From positions 17,335 through 81,334 of the forward strand of contig CAZJAP010000002.1 of NCBI GenBank assembly GCA_964544325.1: 64,000 bases of DNA, in the 5' to 3' direction. This document shows, piece after piece, positions 10,814 through 21,428 of this stretch. This DNA comes from an uncultured Candidatus Izemoplasmatales bacterium. GTDB lineage: Bacteria; Bacillota_I; Bacilli_A; Izemoplasmatales; Hujiaoplasmataceae. A model generated the notes under the pieces. The model worked only from the letters and a program-made list of their open reading frames with translations, did not search any database and was not told the DNA's origin. The position numbers were made by a program, and so were the translations under genes. Each line of letters begins with the position of its first letter. Position 1 is the first letter of the stretch.

Positions 10814-11710
10814 ATGAACTATGTTTTTTCTGTCGATAACAAACATCTCGACAAACTAAAAGATTACTACCATAAAATTCAAGTAAAAACTGATAATCCC
10901 ACTTATTTATATTTGTTTAAAAATGATCATCTTACCATTACGGTATATAAATCTTTGAAAGTAATGTTTCAAGGCGAAGATGCTCTAGATGAATATAATA
11001 AATGGGCTTCTTTGCTTGACTTAGAGCCGATTGAACCAGAGGTTATTATCACTAATTATCATAACCAATATTTTAATTATAAGGTAATCGGTTCCGATGA
11101 AGTTGGTACTGGCGATTTTTTTGGCCCTGTTGTTGTTTGTGCAGCTTATGTCAGGCCTCAAGATTATCCGCTTTTAGAAGATATGGATATTAAGGATTCT
11201 AAAAAAATCTCTGATGAAAAAATTAGGCTAATTGGTGAACAACTTATTAAATTAATTCCCCATCATGTTCTTGTTACTAATAACGAAAAATATAATGAGC
11301 TGATTGATAAAGGCTTTAATCTAAATAAAATAAAAGCTTATTTACATAATCATGCCATAAAAAAAATGGTGGTAAAGTATCCTGATTATCAAAAAATTAT
11401 TCTAGATAAGTTTTGTTCAGAAGAAAACTATTTTAATTATTTAAAAACTGAAGAAACAATTAGTAATATAGATTTTTTAACACAAGCTGAATCTGTTCAT
11501 AAAGCTGTAGCTGTAGCCGCAATTATTGCCAGATATCGATTCCTTATTGAGTTTGATAAGTTAAGCGAAAAACTAAACATCACTCTACCAAAAGGAGCGG
11601 GCCCTGCAGTTGATGCTCTAGCTAAAGTAATTGAATTAAAGTATGGCGATGATATTTTCCCTAAAATAGCAAAATTGAATTTTAAAAATTATTTTAAGAT
11701 AAAAAAATAA
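10814..11710 (+). CDS. rnhC: ribonuclease HIII
   Basis: 298 aa; GSDEVGTGDFFGP active-site motif after an N-terminal DUF3378-like domain. Divergent from mutS2. Confidence 0.88.
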   Translation: MNYVFSVDNKHLDKLKDYYHKIQVKTDNPTYLYLFKNDHLTITVYKSLKVMFQGEDALDEYNKWASLLDLEPIEPEVIITNYHNQYFNYKVIGSDEVGTGDFFGPVVVCAAYVRPQDYPLLEDMDIKDSKKISDEKIRLIGEQLIKLIPHHVLVTNNEKYNELIDKGFNLNKIKAYLHNHAIKKMVVKYPDYQKIILDKFCSEENYFNYLKTEETISNIDFLTQAESVHKAVAVAAIIARYRFLIEFDKLSEKLNITLPKGAGPAVDALAKVIELKYGDDIFPKIAKLNFKNYFKIKK

Positions 11711-11747
11711 GCTTAATTAAACTTTTTAAAAAAGTCAAATTAAGCTT
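11709..11747. terminator. bidirectional hairpin between convergent genes
   Basis: 10-bp arms aagcttaatt(11709-11718)/aattaagctt(11738-11747), with A-run upstream and T-run downstream; the loop is long (19 nt). Confidence 0.45.
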
Positions 11748-11750
11748 TTT

Positions 11751-13823
11751 TTATTGCGGAATGAAAATAAGAATATAATCTGTGCTTTCATCACTTATTA
11801 TGTATCCGGCTGATTCAATAGTATTGGTCAATTCTAGTAACCTTTCTTCTGTTGTTCTTTTGTCAATCAAGATATAGTCAAAAATGATTTCATCTTGATA
11901 GAGATTTCTATTGCTATATTCATACAATATTTCTCTATCGCTTAAATAAGGTGTTAGAAAGCTTGTGGCTAAAACTTTTTTATCTCTTGGTATTTCTATA
12001 AGCGTCTTTCTCATTGTTTTATAAATTTCTTCGCTTTGATAATAATATTTGACAATTCCGGCTCTAATACCAATAGTACTGATTCCTATTGCCATAGAAA
12101 CTGTAACTGAAGCTATAAAGATTATTTTTTTAAACTTACTGACCTTTGTTTTTGGATCAGTAATCAAGATTGTTTCTTGGTCTTCAATATTTTCCTTAAA
12201 AACTAGCATAACGACAAAAATAATTAAAGCCATTGTTCCAAAATAGTATTGGAAGCCAAATTGATGTTGATAAGGGTAGGTTGTTGAGAAATTAATAATA
12301 ATTAAAGGGATAAATAACCAATAATTATTCAATTCTTTATTTAAAAGAGGAATTAATCCAAGTGAAGAAAAAATAATAATTAAATGATATATTTTATTAG
12401 GTGAAAACATAGTTGTTAACAAGTAACTAGGCGATTGAATCACACTTATGACAAGGCCTAGAATACCCTTGTCGGGATATCCGTTTAAGTTATCATAACG
12501 CCAAAACATCGCCCCATCGCCTTGAGAGTTTAATAATTTCGTAATTAAAAGAAAATAAGAAACAGATAAAATCATCATCAAAATCGACATTATAAGATAG
12601 TTTCTTTTTTCTTTCTGGTTTTCATTCTTAAGATTTACAAAAAAGAAATAAACTCCAATGAACAACAAATAAATCCCTGCATCTTCTTTTACCATCAAAG
12701 TCAAAACAAAAGCAATCAATAATTTAATCCACTTTTGTTTTAATGCAAAATAGATTACAAATAATATTAGTGGTGCCAAAAAACAATTTTCATGTAAATC
12801 ATAATAACTACTTGATATTATTGCTGGATTAAACAAATAAAGGGCACTAACAACAATCGTTACTTTATAGTTTAATTTAAAATGTTTAGCAATCAAATAG
12901 ATTGGTATAACCCCAAGACCAACCACAACAGCCTGTAATACTTGTAAGGTTTCAGGAAAGGGGAAAACCATGAAAAAAGGTAACAACAGATAATATATCG
13001 GGGACACATGAACAGCATTATGCGATAATAAAGTTGATCTTTCAATCGTAGTCAACATACCATTAAAATTCTTCATGTTATAAAACATTTGGGTAAAAAT
13101 CCCAAAGTCAAAACCCGGTGAATTTAAAGTTAAGGTCCTATAAACCATGACAACACTGAGTAGTGTAACTTCTATAATGGTAAGAATCAAAATAATTTTA
13201 ATCGCTAATTTTTTGTTTTTAGAAGAATCTCTTTTTTCTTTATTAAAGAACAAAAAGAAAATTAAAACAAAAATGCTTATAAAAGATGCAACTAAAAGTA
13301 ATCTTTGATTATCAGGAATTATTAAGTCATGACTAACCATCGAGATATTTGTTCCTGTATAAATTGGATAATCATAGCCAAGTTTAAATAAAAAAATAAG
13401 AATAATTGCTGATACAAAGATTATATTAATGATATATATGTATAAATTAGCTTTATTTAAACGATTTTTTTCTATTTGAGTAAGAGTATAGAAAAAAAGT
13501 GGAATAGTTAAGATTATTGCGCCAATTGTTATTGAAAAAGCGGGAGCCAATAAAATAAAAATTGTCAAAAATAAAAGAAAAGACATTACGAATAAACCAT
13601 AAAGATCTATTTTTTGAATTCTTTTATGAATGACAATCAAAATTATTAATAAGCTAATTGTAATAGCAATTTGGTAATAAAAATTAGTTAAATCGACTTG
13701 TGTAATGTCATAAAAATTTAATTCAAAATTTCCGAAAATCAAATAAAATGAAGACATTACAAAAAAAGCAATTAAAGTATAAATCGGTATTTGTTTAAAA
13801 ACTGAGGTTTTACTTTCAATCAT
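11751..13823 (-). CDS. large polytopic membrane protein, DUF2079-like
   Basis: 690 aa, more than 12 hydrophobic segments; HVSPIYYLLLPFF resembles the DUF2079 signature. Confidence 0.55.
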   Translation of the reverse strand: MIESKTSVFKQIPIYTLIAFFVMSSFYLIFGNFELNFYDITQVDLTNFYYQIAITISLLIILIVIHKRIQKIDLYGLFVMSFLLFLTIFILLAPAFSITIGAIILTIPLFFYTLTQIEKNRLNKANLYIYIINIIFVSAIILIFLFKLGYDYPIYTGTNISMVSHDLIIPDNQRLLLVASFISIFVLIFFLFFNKEKRDSSKNKKLAIKIILILTIIEVTLLSVVMVYRTLTLNSPGFDFGIFTQMFYNMKNFNGMLTTIERSTLLSHNAVHVSPIYYLLLPFFMVFPFPETLQVLQAVVVGLGVIPIYLIAKHFKLNYKVTIVVSALYLFNPAIISSSYYDLHENCFLAPLILFVIYFALKQKWIKLLIAFVLTLMVKEDAGIYLLFIGVYFFFVNLKNENQKEKRNYLIMSILMMILSVSYFLLITKLLNSQGDGAMFWRYDNLNGYPDKGILGLVISVIQSPSYLLTTMFSPNKIYHLIIIFSSLGLIPLLNKELNNYWLFIPLIIINFSTTYPYQHQFGFQYYFGTMALIIFVVMLVFKENIEDQETILITDPKTKVSKFKKIIFIASVTVSMAIGISTIGIRAGIVKYYYQSEEIYKTMRKTLIEIPRDKKVLATSFLTPYLSDREILYEYSNRNLYQDEIIFDYILIDKRTTEERLLELTNTIESAGYIISDESTDYILIFIPQ

Positions 13824-13855
13824 GTCAATATATCTCCGTTTATTATATTAAAGCT

Positions 13856-14767
13856 TTATTTTTTTCTTAGTCCTTCTAGATAATCATTAAACTCTTTAGG
13901 TAATGGTGCCATGAATTCCATCCATTCTTTCGTCCTTGGATGAGTAAAGCCTAAACTTTTTGCATGTAAAAATTGTCCGAAATCATTTGTTTCAGCACTT
14001 CCATAAACAAAATCATTAACTACAGGATGATTAATATATTTTAAATGAACGCGAATTTGATGAGTTCTTCCTGTTTCTAAAATGCATTTTATTAAAGTAC
14101 AATCGGAAAAAGTCTCTATTACTTCAAAATTTGTTATCGCTTCTTTACCAGATGCGGTAACTGCCATTTTTAAGCGATTCGTTTTATCGCGTCCAATAGG
14201 AGCGTTTATTCTACCTCTTTTATTATTTATAACACCTTCAACTAGAGCTATGTATTCTCTAAAGGTATCTTTTGCCTGAAGTTCTTTAGCAAGAATTTCA
14301 TGAGCATAATTATTCTTAGCTACCATTAATAATCCAGAAGTATCTTTATCTATTCTATGGACTATACCAGGTCGCATCTCACCATTGATATCTGAAAGAT
14401 TTTTAATGTGCCAAAGTAAACCGTTTACCAAAGTATCTTGGTAATGACCCGGAGCAGGATGAACTACCATTCCTGAAGGCTTATTAACTACTAAGACATC
14501 GCTGTCTTCATAAACAATGTCTAAATCCATTTTTGTTGGAATTATCTCAGTTTCTGCAAAATTAACATCAATAATTTCAATAAGGTCATCTACCTTAAGA
14601 CTATAACTCGCTTTAACAATTTGTTGATTGACTAGCACTTTTTGATCAAGGATAAGCTTTTTTATAGTTGAACGACTAAGATTATCTAACTTGTTAGTTA
14701 AAAATTTATCTATTCTATCTAATTGATCCTCGTTAGAAACTTGATATTCAAAAAATAAATCATCCAT
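13856..14767 (-). CDS. rluD: 23S rRNA pseudouridine synthase, RluD family
   Basis: S4 domain N-terminus; HRIDKDTSG catalytic motif. Confidence 0.9.
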   Translation of the reverse strand: MDDLFFEYQVSNEDQLDRIDKFLTNKLDNLSRSTIKKLILDQKVLVNQQIVKASYSLKVDDLIEIIDVNFAETEIIPTKMDLDIVYEDSDVLVVNKPSGMVVHPAPGHYQDTLVNGLLWHIKNLSDINGEMRPGIVHRIDKDTSGLLMVAKNNYAHEILAKELQAKDTFREYIALVEGVINNKRGRINAPIGRDKTNRLKMAVTASGKEAITNFEVIETFSDCTLIKCILETGRTHQIRVHLKYINHPVVNDFVYGSAETNDFGQFLHAKSLGFTHPRTKEWMEFMAPLPKEFNDYLEGLRKK

Positions 14768-15254
14768 TTTTTTCTTCCATCCTTTTTTTCTCTAAAAAGA
14801 ACACATCAACAAAGAATAAGAAAATACCTACGTTTAAAAAAGTATCGGCAATATTAAAAATATACGACCAAATACCAAGAAAATCAATAAAATCAATTAC
14901 TGCGTGATCAATTTGAACTATTCGATCAATCGCATTCCCTATACTTCCAGCTATTAAAAGAGCCAAAGCTATTCTTAATATAGTTTGTCTTTTATCAGAA
15001 AAATCACTTTTATAAAACATATAGCCAAAAATCGCTGAAGCAGCTATAGCGAAAATAATAAAAACCCAGAAATACTCAGTTGCCGCTCCAGGAAGCCCGC
15101 CAAAAACCATACCTGTATTCCTTGTGTAAGTTAAATGGAAAAAATTCCTAATTATAGGTATACTTTCACCTTCAGAAAGATTTGTTGATATAATTATTTT
15201 ACTTGCTTGATCAAGGCCTATTAAACCTAATATTATTAAAATCCATTTTTTCAT
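14760..15254 (-). CDS. lspA: lipoprotein signal peptidase II
   Basis: 164 aa; NTGMVFG, GNAIDR and FNIAD motifs; conserved lspA-rluD pairing. Confidence 0.9.
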   Translation of the reverse strand: MKKWILIILGLIGLDQASKIIISTNLSEGESIPIIRNFFHLTYTRNTGMVFGGLPGAATEYFWVFIIFAIAASAIFGYMFYKSDFSDKRQTILRIALALLIAGSIGNAIDRIVQIDHAVIDFIDFLGIWSYIFNIADTFLNVGIFLFFVDVFFLEKKRMEEKNG

Positions 15255-15265
15255 GTTCTGCTCTC

Positions 15266-15634
15266 CTAAACTTCAAGTAATGGTACAAAGACAAAAATAA
15301 ATAACAAACCTATGATAACATAAAATAGTGCTAAAATCACCTGATTTATTATCGCTAGGCGATTAAAATTATTTTTAAATTTAGGATTCTTTAATGCTAA
15401 AGACTTCAATAGGAAAAAATGGAATATATATGTTAATAAAATCATGATGAATATAATTACTATAATCCATATTGTCAAATAGTATAAATATACTATAGTT
15501 ATTTGAACTATTGCCGCAATGAAAGGCAATGCTATCAATAAAGTATAAATTAAAGCACCATAAATAGCTGAAAAAAGTTGTTTAGAAGAATATTTTTCAA
15601 ACAAATCTTTCCACATTTCTAAGTAATTTTTCAT
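15266..15634 (-). CDS. small membrane protein, unknown function
   Basis: 122 aa, three to four TM segments; its start has a 4-nt ATGA overlap with the stop of the upstream gene. Confidence 0.5.
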   Translation of the reverse strand: MKNYLEMWKDLFEKYSSKQLFSAIYGALIYTLLIALPFIAAIVQITIVYLYYLTIWIIVIIFIMILLTYIFHFFLLKSLALKNPKFKNNFNRLAIINQVILALFYVIIGLLFIFVFVPLLEV

Positions 15635-16716
15635 GGCAACATAACTCCTTCCATATAAGCTATAGGGTCATTAAGGTACGCTATAGCATCGCTAAAACTA
15701 GCGACTGGAACTAGCCATCCAGTTGGGTCAATATTATGTTTTTCACAAGCTCTTAAAGCTTCTAAATAATTATCATAGTAATAGGTTGAATCTAAGTATG
15801 GTATGAAGAAAACGTCAACTTTATTAATCCAAGCAGTAACTATTTTTTGTTCTGTTCCACCAATATATCCAACAGAACCATCATAATTAATTGTTCCTGT
15901 ACCGGCAATCTTTTTACTACTTGTAATATCTTCATCGATTAACATATTATAAATTGCCAAAGTTTGAAGTAAACCTCCACTTGGACCACCGATATTTGAT
16001 TCTTTCTCTGAATAAGTAGGGAAAGTGTCTTCTTTATTGACTAGATAATATTTTTTTAATGTTATACCAAATTTATTAGTTTCTGGATCCTTAGTTAAAA
16101 TTTTTGAGTATTCAATTTCTTCGTTTTTAAAAAAGAACTCATATGAATTTTGTGTTTTACTATATTCAGAAATTAAAGTGAAATCGTCGACTATAACTTC
16201 ATCATCACCAATCATATACAAAAACTCATCTCCAAAGGAAATCTCGTCATAGTAAGATAGATATGTTGCTTTACCATAGACCATTACTTTTTCATAGTAA
16301 TCTATAACAATTTCATCATTAGAGTTCCCGGCTTCTTGATAAGCAACTATAATAGCTGCATTCACAGAATTTTCCTTGTCAAGATAACTTATCTGATTAA
16401 TTTCTTCATTGGTATAATCAGCGTAAGTTCCACCAATTAAATTAGTGTAATTATAATCTGAAAGAGTAGAAATCATAAATTGGAAAAAGGTTGGTCGATT
16501 TATAACGACAATATAAGTTGAAGATATGGTCCCTTCAACTTCTTTATCTTGATTATAATCTATAGTTATTAAACCTTGAACTTCACTTATGCCTCCAGGA
16601 GCGTCAATATAATATGGTATTGGATAAAGGAGGATAAATATAAAGAAAATATAAGGTATAAATAGAACCTTGATAAATGGCCAATATAGTTTATTCAACT
16701 CATCCATTTTGTTCAA
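15631..16716 (-). CDS. YlbL/SepM-like membrane-anchored protease with Lon C-terminal proteolytic domain
   Basis: N-terminal TM; C-terminal [15 protein letters not shown]...KIAGTGTI matches the Lon S16 Ser motif region. Confidence 0.7.
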   Translation of the reverse strand: MNKMDELNKLYWPFIKVLFIPYIFFIFILLYPIPYYIDAPGGISEVQGLITIDYNQDKEVEGTISSTYIVVINRPTFFQFMISTLSDYNYTNLIGGTYADYTNEEINQISYLDKENSVNAAIIVAYQEAGNSNDEIVIDYYEKVMVYGKATYLSYYDEISFGDEFLYMIGDDEVIVDDFTLISEYSKTQNSYEFFFKNEEIEYSKILTKDPETNKFGITLKKYYLVNKEDTFPTYSEKESNIGGPSGGLLQTLAIYNMLIDEDITSSKKIAGTGTINYDGSVGYIGGTEQKIVTAWINKVDVFFIPYLDSTYYYDNYLEALRACEKHNIDPTGWLVPVASFSDAIAYLNDPIAYMEGVMLP

Positions 16717-17176
16717 TCCTTAAGTTATAATTTTCTAATTTTCTTACTTTGATTTTAGCCATTTCAAAAAGTCTTCTTGAAGCTTCAAATATATCTTGTT
16801 CCGGATATTTGTGTTCAAGATATATAACTTCTTTAATTCCTGATTGAATTATCAATTTAGCACATTCATTGCAAGGATATAAAGTCACATACATTTTTGA
16901 TCCTTCTAAATCTACCGAAGAATTCAAAATGGCATTAGGTTCAGCGTGAACTACATAAGCATATTTAGAGTCTAAAAATTTATCATTCTTTTCCCATGGC
17001 AATAAATCATCATTACAACCAATAGGAAAACCGTTATAACCAATGCCAACTATGCGATTCTTTTGATTAACAATACAAGCGCCAACTTGAGACACTTCAT
17101 CTTTGGAGCGCATGGATGATAATTGGGCAACGCCCATGAAATATTCATCCCAAGATATATAATCAGTTCTTTTCAT
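16700..17176 (-). CDS. comEB: dCMP deaminase (ComEB-type)
   Basis: HAEPNAI and PCNECAKLI zinc-binding motifs. Confidence 0.88.
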   Translation of the reverse strand: MKRTDYISWDEYFMGVAQLSSMRSKDEVSQVGACIVNQKNRIVGIGYNGFPIGCNDDLLPWEKNDKFLDSKYAYVVHAEPNAILNSSVDLEGSKMYVTLYPCNECAKLIIQSGIKEVIYLEHKYPEQDIFEASRRLFEMAKIKVRKLENYNLRIEQNG

Positions 17177-17191
17177 TGCTAATACCCACCT

Positions 17192-17695
17192 TTATTCAAA
17201 ATACTTTTTATCATTTTCATCAACCAAATCTAGATCAATATGGCAATAACCACAAGGATTCTTTTTCAGATACTTTTGGTGATAACTTTCTGCTGGATAA
17301 AATTCTCCGGCTTTTTTAATTTCAGTTCTTATGGTTTTTTTATAATTGACTTGGATTTTTTTTAGATATTGATTGATAATATCTAAATCTTCTTGATCGT
17401 TATAAAAAATACCTGTCCGATATTGACGTCCTATATCATTACCTTGACGATTTAATGTAGTTGGATCAATTATTTGAAAGAAATGGTCTAACAAATGATT
17501 AAGAGTAACTTGTAATTCGTCATACTCAATTTTTACTGCTTCAGCATGATTAGACCCATTGCAAACTTGTTCATAAGTCGGATTAGGAAAATCTCCATCA
17601 ATATAACCTACTTCAGTGTTTTTTACACCACTTACCTTATCAAAATATGCTTGAATGCCCCAAAAGCATCCTCCTGCTAAAATTATTTTTTTCAT
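17192..17695 (-). CDS. msrA: peptide methionine sulfoxide reductase A
   Basis: GGCFWG active-site motif at the N-terminus. Confidence 0.92.
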   Translation of the reverse strand: MKKIILAGGCFWGIQAYFDKVSGVKNTEVGYIDGDFPNPTYEQVCNGSNHAEAVKIEYDELQVTLNHLLDHFFQIIDPTTLNRQGNDIGRQYRTGIFYNDQEDLDIINQYLKKIQVNYKKTIRTEIKKAGEFYPAESYHQKYLKKNPCGYCHIDLDLVDENDKKYFE

Positions 17696-18381
17696 ATATT
17701 TTCTCCTATAATTTCATTTATAACATGAGCAGCCAAAGTAATTCCCGCTGCACTTGGACAATAAGCATTGGAACCAAGTGTTTTTTTATCTAAAACTGTT
17801 GCTGGTTTTTCTTCTGAATAGACTACTGGAAAATCAAGAGCATAACCTGCAACTTTAAGCTTCTTACGCATTATTTTCGCCAATGGACAAACACTGGTTT
17901 GATTCATTTTACGAATCCTAATTAAGTCTACTTTAAATTTATTAGCGAAACCCATTGAACTAATAAATTTAATATTATTGTCTAAACAATATTTTGCGAT
18001 ACTTACCTTAGCATCCACATCATCAATACAATCTATTACATAATCAAAGTCTTGATTAATTATTTCTGAAATGTTTTCTTCATTGACTTTTATTAGATGA
18101 GTATTGATATTAATTAAAGGATTAATGTCTAAGGCACGATTTTTAAAAGCATTTACTTTATATTGCCCAACTGTGGATTCTAAAGCAATCAACTGGCGAT
18201 TTAAATTTGTTTCTTCAACCATATCAAAATCAACAACGTCAATTTGATCAAGACCACTTCTAACTATTACTTCAGCGGCATAAGAACCAACCCCACCTAG
18301 GCCAAAAACAATAATTCTTTTCTTCTTTAGAATATTAAATTTTTCTTCTCCAATGAGATTAACCAAGCGATCAAATTTCAT
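17692..18381 (-). CDS. tcdA: tRNA threonylcarbamoyladenosine dehydratase (ThiF/E1-like)
   Basis: GLGGVGSYAAE Rossmann motif, 229 aa; TGA stop overlaps the msrA ATG (ATGA). Confidence 0.8.
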   Translation of the reverse strand: MKFDRLVNLIGEEKFNILKKKRIIVFGLGGVGSYAAEVIVRSGLDQIDVVDFDMVEETNLNRQLIALESTVGQYKVNAFKNRALDINPLININTHLIKVNEENISEIINQDFDYVIDCIDDVDAKVSIAKYCLDNNIKFISSMGFANKFKVDLIRIRKMNQTSVCPLAKIMRKKLKVAGYALDFPVVYSEEKPATVLDKKTLGSNAYCPSAAGITLAAHVINEIIGENI

Positions 18382-18420
18382 TTATAGTTCTCCTAGAAAA
18401 ATGGGCTGCTGAAGCAGCCA

Positions 18421-18861
18421 TTATTTTTTTCTTCGATAATTAAAATTAAAATATTTTCTGCCTAAGTGCAATAATAAATAAGCGAATATAACAATCAATA
18501 TAACAAAAAGATTACCAATATACTTAATTGGTCCATTTAAATAATTATATAAAACAATTATTCCTAAAATTCCAAAAATTGATGTTATTAATAAATAATA
18601 AAACTCTGATGAGTAAGTTGCTTTTACTTGTCGTTTATATTTATCTCTATTTAAAAATAAAATTAATGTTCCCGCAATTAGAGCGACTATATTTATACTA
18701 CCTAAAACTAAAAAATATAGATTCAAGTTTAAATCTTGGTCTACATTAAAAACATAGGTAAAAACCAAGATTAAAGGAATTAATAAAATGATTGTTCCAT
18801 AAAATAAAATAACTCTAATTTCATATTTCGAATATATTCTTGGCCTGATATTCTTTATCAT
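18421..18861 (-). CDS. membrane protein, unknown function
   Basis: 146 aa with four hydrophobic segments; 4-nt overlap with the upstream permease gene. Confidence 0.45.
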   Translation of the reverse strand: MIKNIRPRIYSKYEIRVILFYGTIILLIPLILVFTYVFNVDQDLNLNLYFLVLGSINIVALIAGTLILFLNRDKYKRQVKATYSSEFYYLLITSIFGILGIIVLYNYLNGPIKYIGNLFVILIVIFAYLLLHLGRKYFNFNYRRKK

Positions 18862-19979
18862 GAACCTGTAGCCTCAGAAACGCTATTCTTCATTTTTTCT
18901 TTTCTTAAATCACTAAAGAAGCGATAGATTACTCTAATCGAAGCAGCGATTGGAGAGGCGAAAATAACCCCTAAAGCGCCAAATAAAGAGCCAAAGAATA
19001 ATATCGATATAATAATAACCGTTGGATGAATTGATAGTTGGTGAGACATAATAAGCGGTTGGAAAATATTTCCTTCAAAGAACTGTAATACTACATTCAC
19101 GATTAAAACTAAAAGCGGGCCAGGGCCTGAAGTAGCAATAAATGTATAAACAATTGGCGGTATCGCAGCAATAACAAGACCAAAATATGGAATGATGTTA
19201 GTTACTCCAACTAAAAAGCCAAAGAAGAAATAATACTTTAATCCAATTAATTTATAAACTATAGTAGCCACAGCTCCGAGAACAACCATCAACATTAATT
19301 GTCCGCGTAAATATGCTCCTACTGTTTGATTCAATCTTGAAGCTAATTCCGCTACATTTTTTTCATGTTTTTGCGGAATTATTGATCTGATTCTCTCGTT
19401 GATAACCTCATAATCATTTAAGTAAAATATCAAAAGAATTGGCAATATGGCAAATGCAGTTAAAAATGGTAGTAATGAACTAGTTAATGAACTAATTAGT
19501 TGTGGAACAAATTTATCAACAGTGTCAGCAATAACATTAGTTTCATTGATATAAGCGACAATTTGATCATATAAATCGGTACCAAAAATAAACTCACCCC
19601 GTAAATCATTGTTAATATAATCAACAATAACCGGAAAATCATCAGCAAAGAAGTTTTTGATTTCATCAACGATTAAAGGTGTTAAAAAATAAAAGGCTAC
19701 AAAGATAATACCAACAGTTAGAATAAAGACTAATCCTAAAGAAAAGCCTCTAGGCCCAACACCTTTTTTCTCAAGATATTTTACTAATGGAAAAATAATT
19801 AATGCACTGATGTAAGCTAATGCAATTGGAATTAGTGCAGCTCTTATAGCTCCTAATATCCACAACCAAAAATCTCGGAATTGAATCGCTAGTAAGATTA
19901 TTCCAAATCCGATTAAAATGATTCCCAGATATTTGAGTATTCGATTTAGTTTTTCATCTGAAATTGGTGTTTTTTTCAT
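18858..19979 (-). CDS. AI-2E family transporter (PerM-like permease)
   Basis: 373 aa polytopic protein with the typical AI-2E/UPF0118 layout (IPYFG, FEGNIFQP-type segment). Confidence 0.75.
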   Translation of the reverse strand: MKKTPISDEKLNRILKYLGIILIGFGIILLAIQFRDFWLWILGAIRAALIPIALAYISALIIFPLVKYLEKKGVGPRGFSLGLVFILTVGIIFVAFYFLTPLIVDEIKNFFADDFPVIVDYINNDLRGEFIFGTDLYDQIVAYINETNVIADTVDKFVPQLISSLTSSLLPFLTAFAILPILLIFYLNDYEVINERIRSIIPQKHEKNVAELASRLNQTVGAYLRGQLMLMVVLGAVATIVYKLIGLKYYFFFGFLVGVTNIIPYFGLVIAAIPPIVYTFIATSGPGPLLVLIVNVVLQFFEGNIFQPLIMSHQLSIHPTVIIISILFFGSLFGALGVIFASPIAASIRVIYRFFSDLRKEKMKNSVSEATGS

Positions 19980-20052
19980 AAATTTCTTCCTATCTTAAAG
20001 CAAGATTAATTATACCATAACTAAATTCAAGGCAAAAGGACTTAATGTTTAT

Positions 20053-21360
20053 TTAACAACCACTACAACCAGAACAATCACTATTACATGATTTGCCGGT
20101 AATTTCATCAATAAGATACTGATACAAATCAACCAGTTTAACTTCCACTTGTTCTTTAGTATCAACTGATTTAACGTTTATAATTTGCTTTTTAGCTTCT
20201 TCTTCGCCATAAATCAAATAAAATTTAGGATTAAGTCTATCAGCGATTTTAAATTGAGCTTTTAAACTTTTATTTAAGAAATCATAATCAACAATTAATC
20301 CGCCGTGTCTTAATTCGTTAATTATTCTCAAAGCATCTGTTTGAAAGATATCTCCAATATTAATGAAATAAGCATGAATGTAAGAAGGATTTTCTTCTTT
20401 TTTAATCGATTCTAATGCTAAAAGTAATCTTTCAACTCCAAAAGCAAAACCAACAGCTCCTAATGAAGGGCCTTCTAAAGATTCATACAAATTATTGTAG
20501 CGACCACCACCAACAAGTGTTGATTGTGCTCCTAAAGTTTCCAAATCACTGTCAATCTCAAAAACTGTATGAGTGTAATAATCGAGTCCACGAACTAAAT
20601 TCTTGTCAATCACATAATTTAAACCCAAATTATCTAAAGCATTAATAACTTGATCAAAATGGTAGGCAGCACTTTCGCTTAAATAGTCACATGGTTTTGG
20701 TGCTTTTTCCAATGTTGGACTACCCTTATCAACTTTACAATCAAGTACTCGTAAAGGATTTTCTTTATAGCGACGATTGCAATCTTCACATAAATATTGA
20801 ATGTTATCATCTAAATATTCATTTAGAGCTTTCTGATAATTTTCTTTAGATTCTTTGTCTCCTAAAGAATTAACTCTGACTTGAACATTTTTAATTCCTA
20901 AAGCTTCTAAAAAAGTTGCGGCAAAGTTAATTATTTCAGCGTCAGCTAATGGGCTTAAAGCCCCAATAATTTCAGCGCCAAACTGATGAAATTGTCTTTG
21001 GCGACCTTTTTGCGGTCTTTCATACCTGAACATCGGCCCATAATAATAAAGCTTTAAAGGTAGAAACTCGTCAATATAGAGTTTATTTTCAATCACCGAA
21101 CGAACAACACTAGCTGTTCCTTCTGGCCTTAAGGTATTCATTCTATTTCCACGATCTTCAAAATCGTAAGTTTCTTTCTTAACTATATCAGTGGTTTCGC
21201 CAACTGAACGATGAAACAACTCCGAAGATTCAAAAATCGGAGTTCTAATTTCTGTAAAATTAAATAATTTTGAAACATTTCTCATTACTTCTTCTAATTC
21301 TTGCCATTTTTCAATTTCGTTAGGCAAAATATCTTGTGTTCCTTTTATTCTTCTAATCAT
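20053..21360 (-). CDS. hisS: histidyl-tRNA synthetase with Cys-rich C-terminal tail
   Basis: Class II motifs RPEGTASVVR and YYGPMFRYERPQKGRQRQFHQ. Start moved to ATG 21360 (MIRRIKGTQDILP) behind GGAG RBS. Ends ...GKSCNSDCSGCSGC. Confidence 0.93.
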   Translation of the reverse strand: MIRRIKGTQDILPNEIEKWQELEEVMRNVSKLFNFTEIRTPIFESSELFHRSVGETTDIVKKETYDFEDRGNRMNTLRPEGTASVVRSVIENKLYIDEFLPLKLYYYGPMFRYERPQKGRQRQFHQFGAEIIGALSPLADAEIINFAATFLEALGIKNVQVRVNSLGDKESKENYQKALNEYLDDNIQYLCEDCNRRYKENPLRVLDCKVDKGSPTLEKAPKPCDYLSESAAYHFDQVINALDNLGLNYVIDKNLVRGLDYYTHTVFEIDSDLETLGAQSTLVGGGRYNNLYESLEGPSLGAVGFAFGVERLLLALESIKKEENPSYIHAYFINIGDIFQTDALRIINELRHGGLIVDYDFLNKSLKAQFKIADRLNPKFYLIYGEEEAKKQIINVKSVDTKEQVEVKLVDLYQYLIDEITGKSCNSDCSGCSGC

Positions 21361-21378
21361 CCTGTACTCCTTTTTTTT

Positions 21379-21407
21379 AAAAAGTCGCCCTTTTAGAGAA
21401 GGACGAC
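21379..21407 (-). terminator. rho-independent terminator after the ACP gene
   Basis: 9-bp stem (21384-21392 / 21399-21407, one G-U pair), 6-nt loop, then TTTTT on the minus strand. Confidence 0.7.
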
Positions 21408-21428
21408 AATTTTCAAGCAAGTGATATT

